Shown piece after piece: positions 10,974 to 24,468 of a DNA stretch of 64,000 nucleotides. The first letter of the stretch is position 1; each line of letters starts with the position of its first letter. Source of the stretch: Lobosporangium transversale. Its lineage: Eukaryota. Below the pieces are notes generated by a model. The model saw only the letters and a list, made by a program, of their open reading frames with translations. It was not told the origin of the DNA and ran no database searches. A program made the position numbers and the translations under genes. The DNA lies in NCBI RefSeq assembly GCF_002105155.1, contig NW_019028991.1:434001-498000 (forward strand), written 5' to 3'.

Positions 10974-12845
10974 ATGACAAAGCGAATAGCCAGTCAAGGT
11001 GGGTCCAAACGCTTGCCTTTTTCTTTTGCCACCAAATTTAAAAATTTTTAAAAGGAGATTACAGCAATCCCTTTGCCTTAAAAGCTCTTGGGTCTTAACG
11101 AGTATTTATAATCTCAATACTCTCTAAAGCAGATCAAGTATTTATGGATGAGGACTTGGGATGTCTTTCAGTTGGAGCCGAGAAGCCGTTTGGCGCAATA
11201 TATAGTGGATACGAGGGCTTGAGCGCTGCTTACCAGCAATTTCCCAAACAAGGTGGGTTTCAGAGTTTATCCATCGACATGTATCCATCAGATCGAGTTA
11301 GCTTAACAGCGATACCATCCCCATCTTCATCAGCGGATCTAAGCGTAGCAGATTTTTCTAACTCTGAAAGCTCCAAGCCTGCTACACCACATGCTCTAAT
11401 ATTGGATGATGGGCAGCAGAATTGTATATCCAGTCAAGAAATAAACAATTCCCTGTCGACACTCAACAGCGTTGTATCTCCTCAGAACTCTCAGTGCTCA
11501 TTAATTTCTGACGTTGACATCATTCAACAAGCGCACATGAACAATACTTTCCAGGAGGCTAGGAAAGTTCAACCATATTTGCAGTCTTTCTTCATGAACA
11601 ACAAAGCCTCGACTGCAGCCAGTGGCGTATCATCAGACACAGGAGATGCGGAGGATCCAGCGATCAAGAGGGCCGAGCAAAACCGAGCTGCACAACGTGC
11701 ATTCCGCCAAAGGAAACAACAGTACATCAGATGGCTTGAGAGCAAAGCCGAGGAGTTGGATGAAGTCTACCGGATCATGGCTCTGGTCAGGGCAGAAAAT
11801 CAACATCTTCGCAAGCTTGCCATTGAAATGGAAATGGGTCTGAATGAGCATAAGGAAGGATGTGCAGGGGCCTCGCCGCGCCCTCCATCTTCCTCTTCTA
11901 GTATCACCGTTGGTGCGCCAGCATATTCCTCCAGTATGATGGGAGGCTTGATAGGGCCAGGTCTCGACCAGTCAATAACCAGAGAAGTTTCGGCGCGTTT
12001 GATGAACCTTTCCACATTCCCGAATTTAGGGCCTAATGGCGAACACGAGAGGGCTGCGGTTAGCAGACCAAAATATCATCCTCGAAATACGAGTGGCGGC
12101 AAGAGTCATCGTACTAAAGGAAACATAGCATATAAGCTGGATCAAATCAAGCAACAGCGGCAACGGGAGGAGCGCAAAGCGCTGATGCAATGCCGCCAAG
12201 CCCTCCAAATCCATGAGCAACAGCATGAGAAGGCGATATATCATCAACAGCAGCAGAACGAAAATTTTGCAGATGCTGTCAATTCAATGACCAATGCCAT
12301 TGAAGGCTTAAACGAGGAAACTGGCGCCAATCCGTCGATATCTTTGGGTATGGTCCCCCCTAATGTGGTTCCAACATCGACCTCGCATCCTTCTGCCACC
12401 ACCAAACCTGTAAGCATCCAGTTACCGCAGCCTCAGAGCACTTTTTTAGGTAAAAGAGGATATTTAGAATTACTAGGGCATGCAATGTTGAGCTGCTAGT
12501 ATATGCATTGCATTAAATATAAAGATATGCCATTGATCCGAATGGGAAACCTTCCACTTTATTATGGCGATATAGATTCGATGACGAATAACGCCAGCTC
12601 CATTACTCCTGTCAGCTGTGCGCTCCCCACTCCTCCTGCACAGTTCTTTTCAATACCCCAGCCAATAATTTACACACAACAGACCTCTCTTCCTAATCAA
12701 GACGACTTGCTAAAGTTACAGAACACGCATGCATCATTTGGAACAGGCGCGCAAGGTACAGTCAGCCACCCAAGAGTCATACCGCCAATAGGCCCTTCGC
12801 ATGGTTTGCATGCCAGCACTATTGAGCAGCGGCCATTTATGTTGC

Positions 12846-12894
<49 letters not shown>

Positions 12895-13273
12895 GCAGCA
12901 GCAGCAGCAACAACATCAGCAACATCAGCAGCAACAACAACAACCGCTACAGCAACGGCAGCTACACTCGATAGGGAACCTTCCACAAATAGTGTCCAGT
13001 TATCAAGGCCTCCAAGGGCCTCCTCTCGGATGGGTATCTTCTAACAGTTCACATCCTTATCATGTACAGAGTACATCCAGTTGCTGGGGTGAGGACGACA
13101 TTCCTGGTTTAGGCCGCGTAAGGCGATCATCAATGCCTACGCTTCGACATTCGTCATTGGATGGTCAGGGACAACGAGGAGTGCAGCAGTCTATTAATGG
13201 ATTCATGCCAGCTCCAACTTTCATAACAGACAGGAGTCATCAGCAGGCAGTACAACATCAACAACAGCAGTAA
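10974..13273 (+). CDS. AP-1/Yap-like bZIP transcription factor with C-terminal poly-Q (3 exons: 10974-10998, 11133-12449, 12576-13273)
   Basis: Basic region KRAEQNRAAQRAFRQRKQQYIRWLE followed by a leucine zipper. Both GT-AG introns are phase-compatible with ORFs 11144..12499 and 12503..13273. Confidence 0.88.
12845..12943 (+). repeat. CAA/CAG microsatellite encoding poly-Q
   Basis: Directly visible. Confidence 0.95.
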
Positions 13274-13470
13274 TAACAATAGCGAGAGTAGCATTAGTAT
13301 ATACTTACTTACAGCGCCTCACTGTGTAGAGAGGGTTTTATTATCGTTATCGTTATCATTATTATTATATGATGTATTAAATGTATTTGCTTGATTAGAC
13401 TTGTATCATGTTTCTTAAGAAAGGGTGGAAAGAAAGCAGATAACTATAGCGAAAATTATAATAAAGTTTT

Positions 13471-15384
13471 TCATGTGCTGACGAACGCCAACATGACCAA
13501 AGCACCAACGACACTGACAATCATGATCAAATAGCAGAGCTTCTCTCTGGATTGACGCTGATATTCGCTTGCCTTGAGGACTTCCTGTTGGGCTAATTGG
13601 ATGCGTCCACGTGTCTGCAAGATGTTATCATGCAAATAATCAACATCACTACGTTGTTCGTGAACCAATGTGCCTAGTTCTCTCATCACATCCATCACTT
13701 CACCCATACTCTCTTCAATCTTTCGGATCTCTATCTCTCTCTCTTGAAGAATACTCTCCTGGAAGACGAGCTCACCATCAATCGCTAGGATCTCTCGCAA
13801 GAGCGCTTCTTCCTGCAGAGACAGCTCACGGTCGTGGATCGTATAAGGCGTCACGCCAATACTTCCGTATCCACTCGCGACGTTATGACTAATACGGGCG
13901 CTATCACTGCTGCTACTGCTAATACCATGCCTCGTAGAGGACAGGGATTTATCTAACAAAGCTCCAGCCTCAATCTCCTCTTGCGATAAATCCATGAGAT
14001 CTGACCGACGTTGGCTTAACCGTCGATAGGAGGCACTACCTGAAAGCCGTCTCAATGTTGTTACTTGATGCCGCTCGGCCTCCACAGCTTGTTTCTGAAG
14101 TTCCTGGAACGATCGGCTAGCCAAACTGAGGTCTTTTGTTAACCGCTGGTGTGTTTGTCGTCGGCTCGCCAAGACTTTACGTTGCCAAGATGACAATTCA
14201 CTGGGAGCGACCGTGGGTTGCACTCTGATCCCAACAGTTGATGGAGGACCTGCCATGGGTGGTTGATGGTATCGAGCTAAAATCTTGATCTGGCTATGTG
14301 CAGACTTGACCAGCTCTTGAGTCGAATCCAACCCTGCATGCAGGCTGGATCGCATCTCTATCGTGTCCTTGTGTCGCTGACCTATACATGGGACTAAGCG
14401 CTCCAGCACCGCAATATTGGATGAAATATTGAAGATTTGTTGAGACACGTGGCGAACCAACATATCATAGTCATAGTCCTGGCTTTCAATCGAGGCTAAA
14501 GTGGGGATGGGATAATAGTATGACAAAGATGACGATGTTGATGACGTTGCTGGTTTAGGTGTTTTGGTAGTCGTAATAGTAGTGGGATTGGCGGATGGTA
14601 AGATTGATGACGATGACGATGGAAAAGACTCTATGTTAATGATTGTGTCGCTCGCGTTATTTGTGTTATTGTCGGTGCTGTTACTGTTTTCGTTAATTGA
14701 TGTCTTTTGAGTTGTCCTTAGATTAGCTGGCTCAAGATTATCGACCTTGGTAAACCCTTGATATTGGTTGTTGTTGAGAGAATTTGCAGTTGTAAGCAAG
14801 GAGGCCTGAATTGGACTAGTTGGAGGCGATAGCATCTGTCGTCGGTCCATATCGCTGGGTCTATGGTCTTTCAAAATCCTGTTGTTCGGACGAGTGATCG
14901 ATGTAGCGACAGTGTGTGGCGACCGAGTAATCGCTGTAGTAGCTGTTGGCGTCCTCACTGAAGAGTTATTACTATCACTCCTCGCTGCTATGGCTGCTGA
15001 CGATGTCAAATTTGGCCGAGGAGTATCAAACCTTGTATTATCTTCCAGAAATCGAGAGTGTTGTGTCATAAGATTATTAGACTTTCGTTTAGGCGAAACT
15101 GGGGGTGGATGAAGAGGCTGGGTATGCGGACTCTTAACTGGGAGTTGCTGTGGCGATGCGAAATTTAAACCGATACTGTCACGACTACTTCCACTAGCGA
15201 CGATTGGAAAACCGCTGGGAAGCTTAATGGGTGGTAATACTGAAGAGTGATGCACCTTCATTTTGCTCGATGTCGTAGCTGATGAAGTCGATGTGAAGAT
15301 AGTATCCTTGTCAATATTGCCATAATGATCGCTTGGAGAGACTGGTGGCGTCCGGAGATTGCGTTCAATATCAGCGAAAGACAT
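13471..15384 (-). CDS. Qa-SNARE syntaxin (Pep12/Vam3/syntaxin-7-like) with long low-complexity N-terminal region
   Basis: Single 637-aa ORF. N-terminus MSFADIE, Habc-like helices (SQQIFNISSN...GQRHKDT..MR), SNARE motif LGTLVHEQRSDVDYL with zero-layer Q, and a C-terminal TM helix. Confidence 0.88.
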   Translation of the reverse strand: MSFADIERNLRTPPVSPSDHYGNIDKDTIFTSTSSATTSSKMKVHHSSVLPPIKLPSGFPIVASGSSRDSIGLNFASPQQLPVKSPHTQPLHPPPVSPKRKSNNLMTQHSRFLEDNTRFDTPRPNLTSSAAIAARSDSNNSSVRTPTATTAITRSPHTVATSITRPNNRILKDHRPSDMDRRQMLSPPTSPIQASLLTTANSLNNNQYQGFTKVDNLEPANLRTTQKTSINENSNSTDNNTNNASDTIINIESFPSSSSSILPSANPTTITTTKTPKPATSSTSSSLSYYYPIPTLASIESQDYDYDMLVRHVSQQIFNISSNIAVLERLVPCIGQRHKDTIEMRSSLHAGLDSTQELVKSAHSQIKILARYHQPPMAGPPSTVGIRVQPTVAPSELSSWQRKVLASRRQTHQRLTKDLSLASRSFQELQKQAVEAERHQVTTLRRLSGSASYRRLSQRRSDLMDLSQEEIEAGALLDKSLSSTRHGISSSSSDSARISHNVASGYGSIGVTPYTIHDRELSLQEEALLREILAIDGELVFQESILQEREIEIRKIEESMGEVMDVMRELGTLVHEQRSDVDYLHDNILQTRGRIQLAQQEVLKASEYQRQSREKLCYLIMIVSVVGALVMLAFVST

Positions 15385-16519
15385 TTATCGACAGGAGAGA
15401 TTTGAATTCTTTTCCAAATAGTGTCAGTCGAATGGAAGATGAGATGAAAAAGAAAAAGGCTGTCTTTGTGGTTTTTATAGTGCTTACCGCTACGTAAATG
15501 GATCGGAGAGCTGGAGCAGAACACAATATGACGGAAGTGAAGGAAAAAAAAAAGACCACGAGAACACCAAAGAGAAGGAATTGAGGAGGAAATGGCTGTC
15601 AAAGAATCTTTGGTCATGACATATGACAGAGGAGCGAATAAAACATCACATAAAGATAGGGGTCAATCAAGGATGATCCTGCATGCTTGTCATAGAAACA
15701 ATGCATGGTTAGTAAACAAGCCCCTAATTCTTTGGTCAGCCATTGCTGACTGTATTTTGCAAAAAAGTTTCTAGGTTTTTCAAGAACGAAGCGCCACCAA
15801 CCTGGCTCCTTTGTTTACATCGAATACGTGCATTGAATTTCTTCTGAGAACGAAGTTCAAAAAGGAAAGTGGTGACACGTAACCGCTAAATACTCATCAA
15901 TAAACTTACAATCGCATGAAAAAGTTGCAAGGATGGAGTATACTAATATATACCATGTCTTCAATGAGAGAAGCAGTTAATCAGTTTCTAACGTTGTTTG
16001 CTAATACAAACCTTCTCTGTATGTCCCTTCTTCTGCCTCAAATAAGTTATCCATTGAGGAAAATGAGCATAGCAAGATTTTGGTGGGCAGTACGAGGGGG
16101 TTTTTGCACACGCAAACAGATGTTGTTATGGCAGGTAGTATTTGAACCAGAGAAGGTCAATGAAGGATAAGAGAATTTGAAACTAATCCTGACGGACTGG
16201 TCCTCACAAATCCACTGGCGCTTCTTTTATTTAACATGATTTTGAGCACTTTACAGGAGTTTGTTGTAGTACCCCAATCTTATACTCTATGAGATCACGG
16301 GTCTTATTACCCCGTTTTGCTCTTCTGTTCTTGGAAAGTGGAATCACTATAAACAAAAAAAAGTTCTTGGAAACGCTTTTACAGGTTCATAAGCAATTAA
16401 AACACAATAACCTAATGGCGAGGGGAGTGGGGATCAATAATGGTTTACAAACGAAGATCGTAGACCCGCCTCCCGTTGCAAAAGTTCTTACACTCCTTTC
16501 CGACATGTATACTTTTTAT

Positions 16520-16551
<32 letters not shown>

Positions 16552-19500
16552 GCTTATTTTGCTCCATAAATCTTTCCTGAATTCAGGTGCACAATTTTCG
16601 GAAGAACCCTTCCCCTTTTTTTTTCTGTGCACCGTGTATTTATATGCCTTTCTTTTTTCTTGTCCTGGGTATTGGTCAGATAAAATGGGGTACATGTTCA
16701 ATGTAAGTTGGGGTTAGGTTTATAGATGATGCAACTGCTCATCTTTGCTTTGTGAGAAATAACACTGTCATGCAACTCTGGATGCAGCAGATTGAGAGTC
16801 CTTTTTTTTAGGGCCTCCCAAAAGGAAGATCGGACATAGAAGTCCGTCTGATGCGGTTCTGTACTGAAATGATGGAAAAGATGAGCGCCTTTTTGCCACA
16901 TTGAGATCGATAACAGATATGCAGGCAGAAATAGATGAAATAGTGATGATATTCAGAACAAAAAAAAAAAAAGGGGGGGGGACGGAGACCAGGAAGCATT
17001 GCATTGGGGCTCTCTTCGAGTAACGTTGAGAGAACTAGAGAACCGTTATTGTTTTTTTTTTGTGAGCATTTGGTTCAAATGAGCAAATATGAATAAGCAT
17101 GTTTGTTGATGAATCTATCGGATCCATGGCAAAGGGATGTAGTTACAGTTTATCTCGTGAGAGAATACACTTTTGAGTTGAATGGCGTTGCTGAGCAAAG
17201 CATCTGGCACCAAACCTTACTCTTTTTCTGAGCATGTCTCCTCCTTGGTCTGTGTCCTTTCGAGTAGGTTTTGATCTGATGAATCTGTTTAAAGAGCAGG
17301 ATAGATAAATTTGTTCTTTCTTCTTGTTACCTTAGGGGCAAAAGTAGGATAGCATTCGAGACGTCAAAGGCGGAGTAAAAAAAAAAAAAGAAAAAAACGC
17401 TCTTAGCCACCTTTTACTTTTTTACAATATCTTCAAGACTATCAGTGGCATTTAGAGGAATGTGAGGGTAATGATGACAAAAGAAATGTACAGCTTTCAG
17501 TTTTTGTCTCGAGAGCCAATCATACCAGCTTGGGCCCTCCTGGGCCCAATATAATGAACCCAGAAGATTTTGAGTTCCCAAGATTATTAGCCTATCCAAT
17601 TCACTGGAGCTGGTGTCAGCATGGAAATAATTTCTTTGTATTTTTGATACATAAAGAGTTGAGGCAAAGAAGGAAAAAGTAATATTCTTACATTTAAATA
17701 GTGCTACGCCTCCTTTCCTCCCTTATCATTCACATTCCTGGGTGGTCGAATGTGGTTGTTACGAAAAACATCGAGAAACATATTATATATAATTTATACA
17801 ACAATTGCCTAAACTTGCCTTATTTAGCGGAGATCAGGCGCGATTGTGTTGTTTCTGTTTTTTTTATGTTTTGATGACCTGCACATTGTCGGGTAGTGTT
17901 CGGTTGCGTACTTGGGAACTGTACCAATCAAGATTAACTTGCAAAAAATAAAAAATAAAAAAATAGAATTCATCCATGCACCTGTCTAATAAGAGAATGC
18001 AGCGTGGACTCTCCTTGTGCTTTTTCGCAGTAAATTGAAAATTTAAAAAGTTTGGCCTCCCTGTGTGTTCCTATAGGTTGCCACCTCGGCGACAATTCGA
18101 GTGTCGCAGAGAGGGATTGCAAGGAGTTTCACAGAATTAAATGAACGTAATAAGGGAGAGACTGTATCCAATGAGTAAAGGGTGGCGGGGGATGGAGATC
18201 ATGGCGTGTTTTTTTTTGTACTGGGCTTGGTAACAAGGGTTCCGACCAGTTTAATAATTTTATTGCTGACTACATATTTTTTGAGATGTTTGTTTGCTTG
18301 TTCACGAGTGCTCAATTTTTATATTTATTAAACAGAACTGTGTTCTTTCCGCCTCTGTTTGTTGTGCCCTTTAATTCTGTTTTATCGAATGAATACCTTC
18401 GATTCAATTAGTTTGTTTATTTAATTATTTCTTTTCTTTTTTTTCCATTTCCACTTCTTCCCCCAAACCCCTTTCTGCTCATACTTTCTCTTTTTTTCTT
18501 CTCTCACGTCCAAACCTAACCCAAGTCAACCTTCATACACAGAAACACAAACCCTTTTTTTTTTCTTCTTTTTTCCTCTTGTCCATACTCGAATGGATAG
18601 AGATATGACATATTCTCACACGAGGCAGCACTAAGAAGAAAAAGAAAAAGAAAAGCCATTTGCATATTATATACTCGCACTCTTTCGTTTCTTCTTTCAC
18701 ACCCTTATTTTTCTTTTATCTTTTTTTCCTCGAAATCAATCAAGGGGAGGAGGGAGAGAAGAACGTCAAGTTTTGATTGTACACCCTTTTCTTTTCTTTT
18801 TATTCTTCTCCCTTTCTCTCTCTCTCTCTTTCTCTTTTTTTCCCTACTTGCTAACGTTCAGTTTATGACATTCATTTGTTTCTCCTTACTGAGTTTCTTT
18901 CATACTTCGTAATCGGATCTCACCATCACCACGACTATATTTTCATTTATCGATTATTACTTGTGACTCTTTCATCATTGTATTATTCTTCACGATAGCA
19001 TTTATTTTTATTATTGTAATCCAAAGGTGAGTTCTATCTCAGTTCTCACTTTGTTCTCTTTCACGTCTTCTCGTCAACAGGACTTTGATGTTTGCTTCCT
19101 TTTTTACCCCCTTGCTTATCATCAATGCAATGGTGTCGAATTTTGATCTGCTGGCTAAAAAAAAGACTTTTAAAGCAATGCTAAATCAAAGACATTTCAA
19201 TGTCTGTGTCTTTGATTTCTTTTCTTCTCTCCTTCCTTCTCTCCTCCTCTCTCCTTCCCATCCCTTCATTTTTTTCTTCCTTTTCTCTTTCCAGACTGGG
19301 AAGAAAGCCTTTCATGTGCTATTCCTGGATGTTCCTGACGCTTCTTTTTCTTTTCTTTACATTTTCCCAGCAAAACGTTATTTTGTTGTAGTAAATTAAG
19401 TATTCTCATTCAACTAAATGGGTCTGTAAATATTTATTCTGGATCTCTTTTTTTTTTTTTTTTTTTTGTTTTCATCAACATTCTGCACAGCCCACCTGTT

Positions 19501-19602
19501 GTCACCCCATTTCTTGGATAGCTCTCATCTCCACAGCTCGGTAATCCACTAGTTCACTATTTCTTTTAAAGCTCTTCTTGTTCCGTCCAACAATCATCTC
19601 AA

Positions 19603-22600
19603 ATGAATTCACCAGTTGGCAGTTTGAGTTCCCTCTTCACCAGGTAAAATTTGTCATTAATGTCCCTCCAACAAGCAATTTTTTACCTTAATTCACAAAG
19701 ATGAAGATCATTGATATTCAATAGTATTACCATATGATGCATTATATGCATTTGACCTTATGGCGGTGCCTCGGCGAATTACTTCCACTGTATAATAACC
19801 GTTGCATCTCGGCGATTTTTTTTACTTTTTATTTTTATAAAATATTTCAAGTCTTGTGGATTGTTCGCACAATGCAAGGTTGTGTTATTCTCAAGGCTCC
19901 ATATCCGATACCCTCCATCTGCTGCAAGACGCTAAAATAACTGTAGAGCGCCTGGAACGTCTGTTAAATGATAGTGAACGCGAGCAGGCAAGTTAAAAAT
20001 TGCTTTCTGACAACCTTTACCTCCTCCCCTTCTTTTTTTTGTGCTCTCGATCCTCAAAACACGCTACCTTAAGAGTTTATCACCTTAACTATTGTCAATC
20101 GATGCAAGCCAGTCTTAGAGTCTCTCCCTCCATGAGCACTCCTTGCTTCTTTTTTTATAATCTTGTATTTGTACTTTTTTCCACCAGTTGGTTGTTTTCT
20201 CGCTTATAAAAGAAAGCAAGGGACAAGGACCACATTTGGTTGGATTCTGTCAACAATCTCGCCCCTCTCTCTGCATTTTAATGAGCATAGACCAACAAGA
20301 ATAGCACCCGATCTTGCTTTACTTTACCTGATACATTATCGACAAATATATTTATAAATGATATATGCAGAAACACAATTTTTTTGGGCCCCACTCCCTT
20401 AATTTCCTTTCAAATACCCTCTATCTCGACTCTGCAAGGCCTCGGTCGTTGCATTCACTGTTCATTCGGTATTAACATCATTCTACTTGATATTTGTCAT
20501 TCCTGTCCTTTCTCTTCCTTTGTTCCTTCCTCGTTTGTGTCTGTGTTCTGGTTTTTCGTTCTTTTAAACAGCGCTCATCTAGTCACGATGAGCAGCGTCA
20601 AGTGGGGTTTTCTCAAATGCAAACTGGGTGTCAGGAGCGACTAGGTCGCAGAGGAGGAGGAGGAGGAAGAGAGTGGCCAAATGGATCGATAATCCCTCAT
20701 CCTATTCAAACAACGCATTTATCATCCTACAAAAGAGCCTCCTCATCCTTCAAAAGTCCGCGATCTCCGGGACCGTTGTCCTCATCACAAGTAAAGGGTA
20801 ACACAACAATAACAGCTCCTCCATCTGGACCTTTATCTAGACCAGAGTCTAGATCAGGCTCTGAATCAGCATGCAGCCTACCTACGCCCAGAAAAGTATA
20901 TCAATATCCACCAGAAGACTTGAGCGAGCATCCTCATGAGCAACGGGCAGAAGGCATAGGAGCACACCATCAGTTATTGAGCACTGCCACCAGCGTGAAT
21001 GGTGCCATCCATAGCATCAACGTTATTAGTAATGGTCGGCCTTACTTGCATGAGAGTGCCGATGAATACCAGCAACATTCTGCCCCGCCTCCCGGAACTC
21101 CTCATGTATCCATCTCTTCTGACTATGTAGGCCAATTGACTCCATCAATAATTGGTGCGCCTTCATCCGGGCCAACCCAGTCAACGTTCCATCAGGGTCG
21201 CACATCCTTGTCTCAGGGCCAAAGTTACCATTCATCTCATCAATCACCGACTACAGTTGAGCACCCTCTACCACATCATCATCAATATTACCATGAGAAC
21301 TCGCAATATCATAATCCAACTTCATCCCAGTACCCTAATGGCTTCCACGGAAGCACTGCGTCATTATACAATAGTAATCATCGTCACGCATCAGAGCCTC
21401 ATGGACATCATTATCGTCCGCATTCCCCACCATCACCAACTCAATATTATTCTGACCAGCATCATCACAACTATCAAAAATCGCCATACCGATCACAACG
21501 CCCTCGATATCAGCATCATATTCAACATCCTCCTTCGTCACACGACCACTCTTCGCACTATGATCACAATCGACATTCGATCGAGGGGCATCGTCTAGAG
21601 AGTTCGGAGCATCATAGTGACCATCATCAAGGGCAGCCCTCCTCACAGCACCATCATATGACACGCCCATCCCCTCAAGCAGATCCTCGGGCTATTCTGC
21701 CTCCATTTTTGAATACTGACCCACAGGTCCAAGATTATAAAGATAGAGAGATCAGAACATTTGCTTCTTCTGGTGATCTGTCAAGCACTTCTATAGTTGC
21801 CACTTTGACCAATGATACTGCCGCTGTAACTTCTACCACCATTTCAGGAAGGGCTTCTCTGAGAGAATCAAATATTTCTGCATCCTCCACATCTTCTAAA
21901 ACTACGTTAGGAGCAGCTACGACTACTTTCATCGGATCAACGATATCCACATCTACGCGTATCAATACTGGAAGCAGTAATGTTGGCAGTAGTGGTAAAC
22001 GCGAAATCACAGCGACAGGGGGAATGGCGACTTCTACGCAGCGTACTGACAACACAGGCTCACGGACTCAGTTCCATGCACCGCTCGAGCCCGAAGTCGT
22101 GACCAAGTTAGATGATATTTTCTTCAAGTTTTTACAGCGCATTTGCTCTGATTGTAAGATTTTTCATTGCCATGAAAACGGGGGGAGTGTGTTTATTGTT
22201 TCTTTCCGTTTTTTTACCCTACATAAAAAAAAGGGCATACAAACAAAGCTGCAGTTCATGCAGGATGAGAGCAACAATGACAACGATAACAACAAAAAGA
22301 AAGGACATGATATAGTTTTTTCTTGTTTTGCTAACCCTTTTTTTTTTGGAACCCTATTATGCATCTTCTGATTCCTCAATCCCTTTGTTTTCATGCACTA
22401 ATAGTAAATGCTTGCGATTCAAAGGGTGACCACATGTAAGTAATACGATCTTCTTGATTAAGGATGTCGAAGCCGTTCATGATTATTGTTAGTTTTCGTT
22501 AATCAAATATTTTTAAGTTCTAAAGTCTTGAGCTCTCACTTACGCCTTTTTTTTTCTTTAAAAAAAAATATAGTCATCAACCATTAATGGCTAAGAAAAT

Positions 22601-23935
22601 GGAGCGTCTCGAAATGTCGACGGACTTCCGCCCATTCAAATTCCGGATCCAAGCATTCACGAATGCATTCCATGATGATCTGATAGCGAACGGTCTGACT
22701 GAGGATATCCTTCCACTTCGAAAAGTCAAAGTCTATCTATGGAAACATCGGTACATATCTCGATTCAATGAAGATGGCAAGAAACAAAAATCTAAGGGAA
22801 ATCATGTCTGGAACATTGAAGCTCGAAAGATTTCGAATTTATCATCAAATGACAACAATGATGGCAACAGCGATAATAACAACCACATTAATAATAACCA
22901 CGACAATAATACTGGACCTGAATCCATTGCTGCCGCAGGCGGAGGCATGGGCGTGGTCCGAAAGCAGACCAGTCCTGTGCGGTGGGAGTTCCGTGAGTAT
23001 TCGAGTCGAATTGCAGGACAGGTTATCAAATTTGCTAGAGTTGGTGTCCCTTATGTATATTCGCCTCGTATCTGGGATGCTCAGATGTCATGTAAGTATT
23101 TCTGAACTTTTATTCTGGGTTATCTTGTTCTTATCGGAATATCTCACACTTAGATGTTGTTCCTTATCGTTCCTCTTTTTTATGATTTTCAGGTCCGGCT
23201 GCCAAATTTAGTAGTCCTTGGCTTCCACCATGGCTGAAATGGCACAAGGGTGAACTCAAGGGTACCCCTGGCCCCGAGGACGAATCTTGTACGATTACCG
23301 TTATTGCTGAATACGTTCGTGAAGGAGAAGAGTGTCGACTGGAGATGTCCTTCCCTTTGACCGTCTCAGACCCAAGCAAGGAGGGTGAAATAATGGAGTC
23401 CCAATACGAGCATGAAGATGAGGATGAATTGTTGGAGGAGGAAGAATCAGATCGACAAAGGAACCGGTCAACTGATCATCACATGGATGTCGATTCGAAG
23501 ACGCGAGCACAAATACAAGTACAGCCTCAATATCATCCCTCACAACATCAACAGCAGCAACAGAGCCGCCATCAGAGCCCTCCATCCCGTTTTCAAGCAC
23601 ACCAAACTCAGCACCAGCTCCAACATCTTCATCTTCAAGAGCAACCAATGCAACAGCAACAACAGCAACCGCAATCGCAGCAATATCATCATTACCAACA
23701 TGATCAACACTATTCCCAGCAGCAGCAGCAACAATCTGCACAACCACACAGAGGCAATGGGCAGAGTTGCGAGGACGATCAATTATCAAGCGATGGTCCA
23801 CAAGAAATTGATGAGGAGAATAGTATGGATGACACTGGTGTAGAGAAAGACAAGCCGCACGTTCGAAAACAAGCTCATGATCGGAGCTCTATAGTTCAAA
23901 TGCAAGAGACTAAAAGACGGAGGCATGAACCATAG
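19603..23935 (+). CDS. Uncharacterised fungal protein: His/Ser-rich disordered N-terminus, globular core, C-terminal Ig/cadherin-like module, Q/H-rich tail (exons ~19603-19643, 20583-22153, 22405-22435, 22574-23091, 23193-23935)
   Basis: Phase-compatible GT-AG introns join the ORFs into ...FFKFLQRICSDLNACDSKGDHIHQPLMAKKMERLEMSTDFRPFKFRIQAFTNAF...KSKGNHVWNIEARK...FSSPWLPPWLKWHKGELKGTPGPED. The first exon assignment is less certain. Confidence 0.78.
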
Positions 23936-24468
23936 ATGCCTTCAACTATTTTAAATTATGGTCAAGCTTCCCAGGTGGTTGTTCGGTTGGTCTCTATAAG
24001 CTATTCGGAAATAAAACACCATAGATACAGTTGCTTGTTGATCCAAAGCCTGTTTCATCACGACAAAAACCACAACTGGAGGCTGAAATACTGATTATTG
24101 GCAATCCTTTCAGTAGGCTTTATTTTTGTAATAACTGACACATCTCATGCGAGATTTACACCAATATTTGACAAAGAAGTACGTACTGGAAGTTTATCTG
24201 GGAGGACGCAATCTTCAGCCAGAGAAAAGAAGTGAAAGTAGGAAAAAAAGACGTTTGCATGGATTTATCCAGAACCAAACCGTCATCATTATTTAATGAA
24301 TTTGATTAATACGACGTTTACATGGCGCATCTCAAAGATCATTAAGAATATGTTTAATATATAATACACTTTTCAAAATGAGGGCATAAACACATAGGCA
24401 ACATAACAATGTATATGATGCAGTTCTACTACTTAATTCAGCTCATTTCCAAATTATTATGGCCATAT

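Noticed and set aside
12497..12505. Stop-codon readthrough between ORFs 11144..12499 and 12503..13273
   Set aside because: A phase-compatible GT-AG intron (12450-12575) removes the stop.
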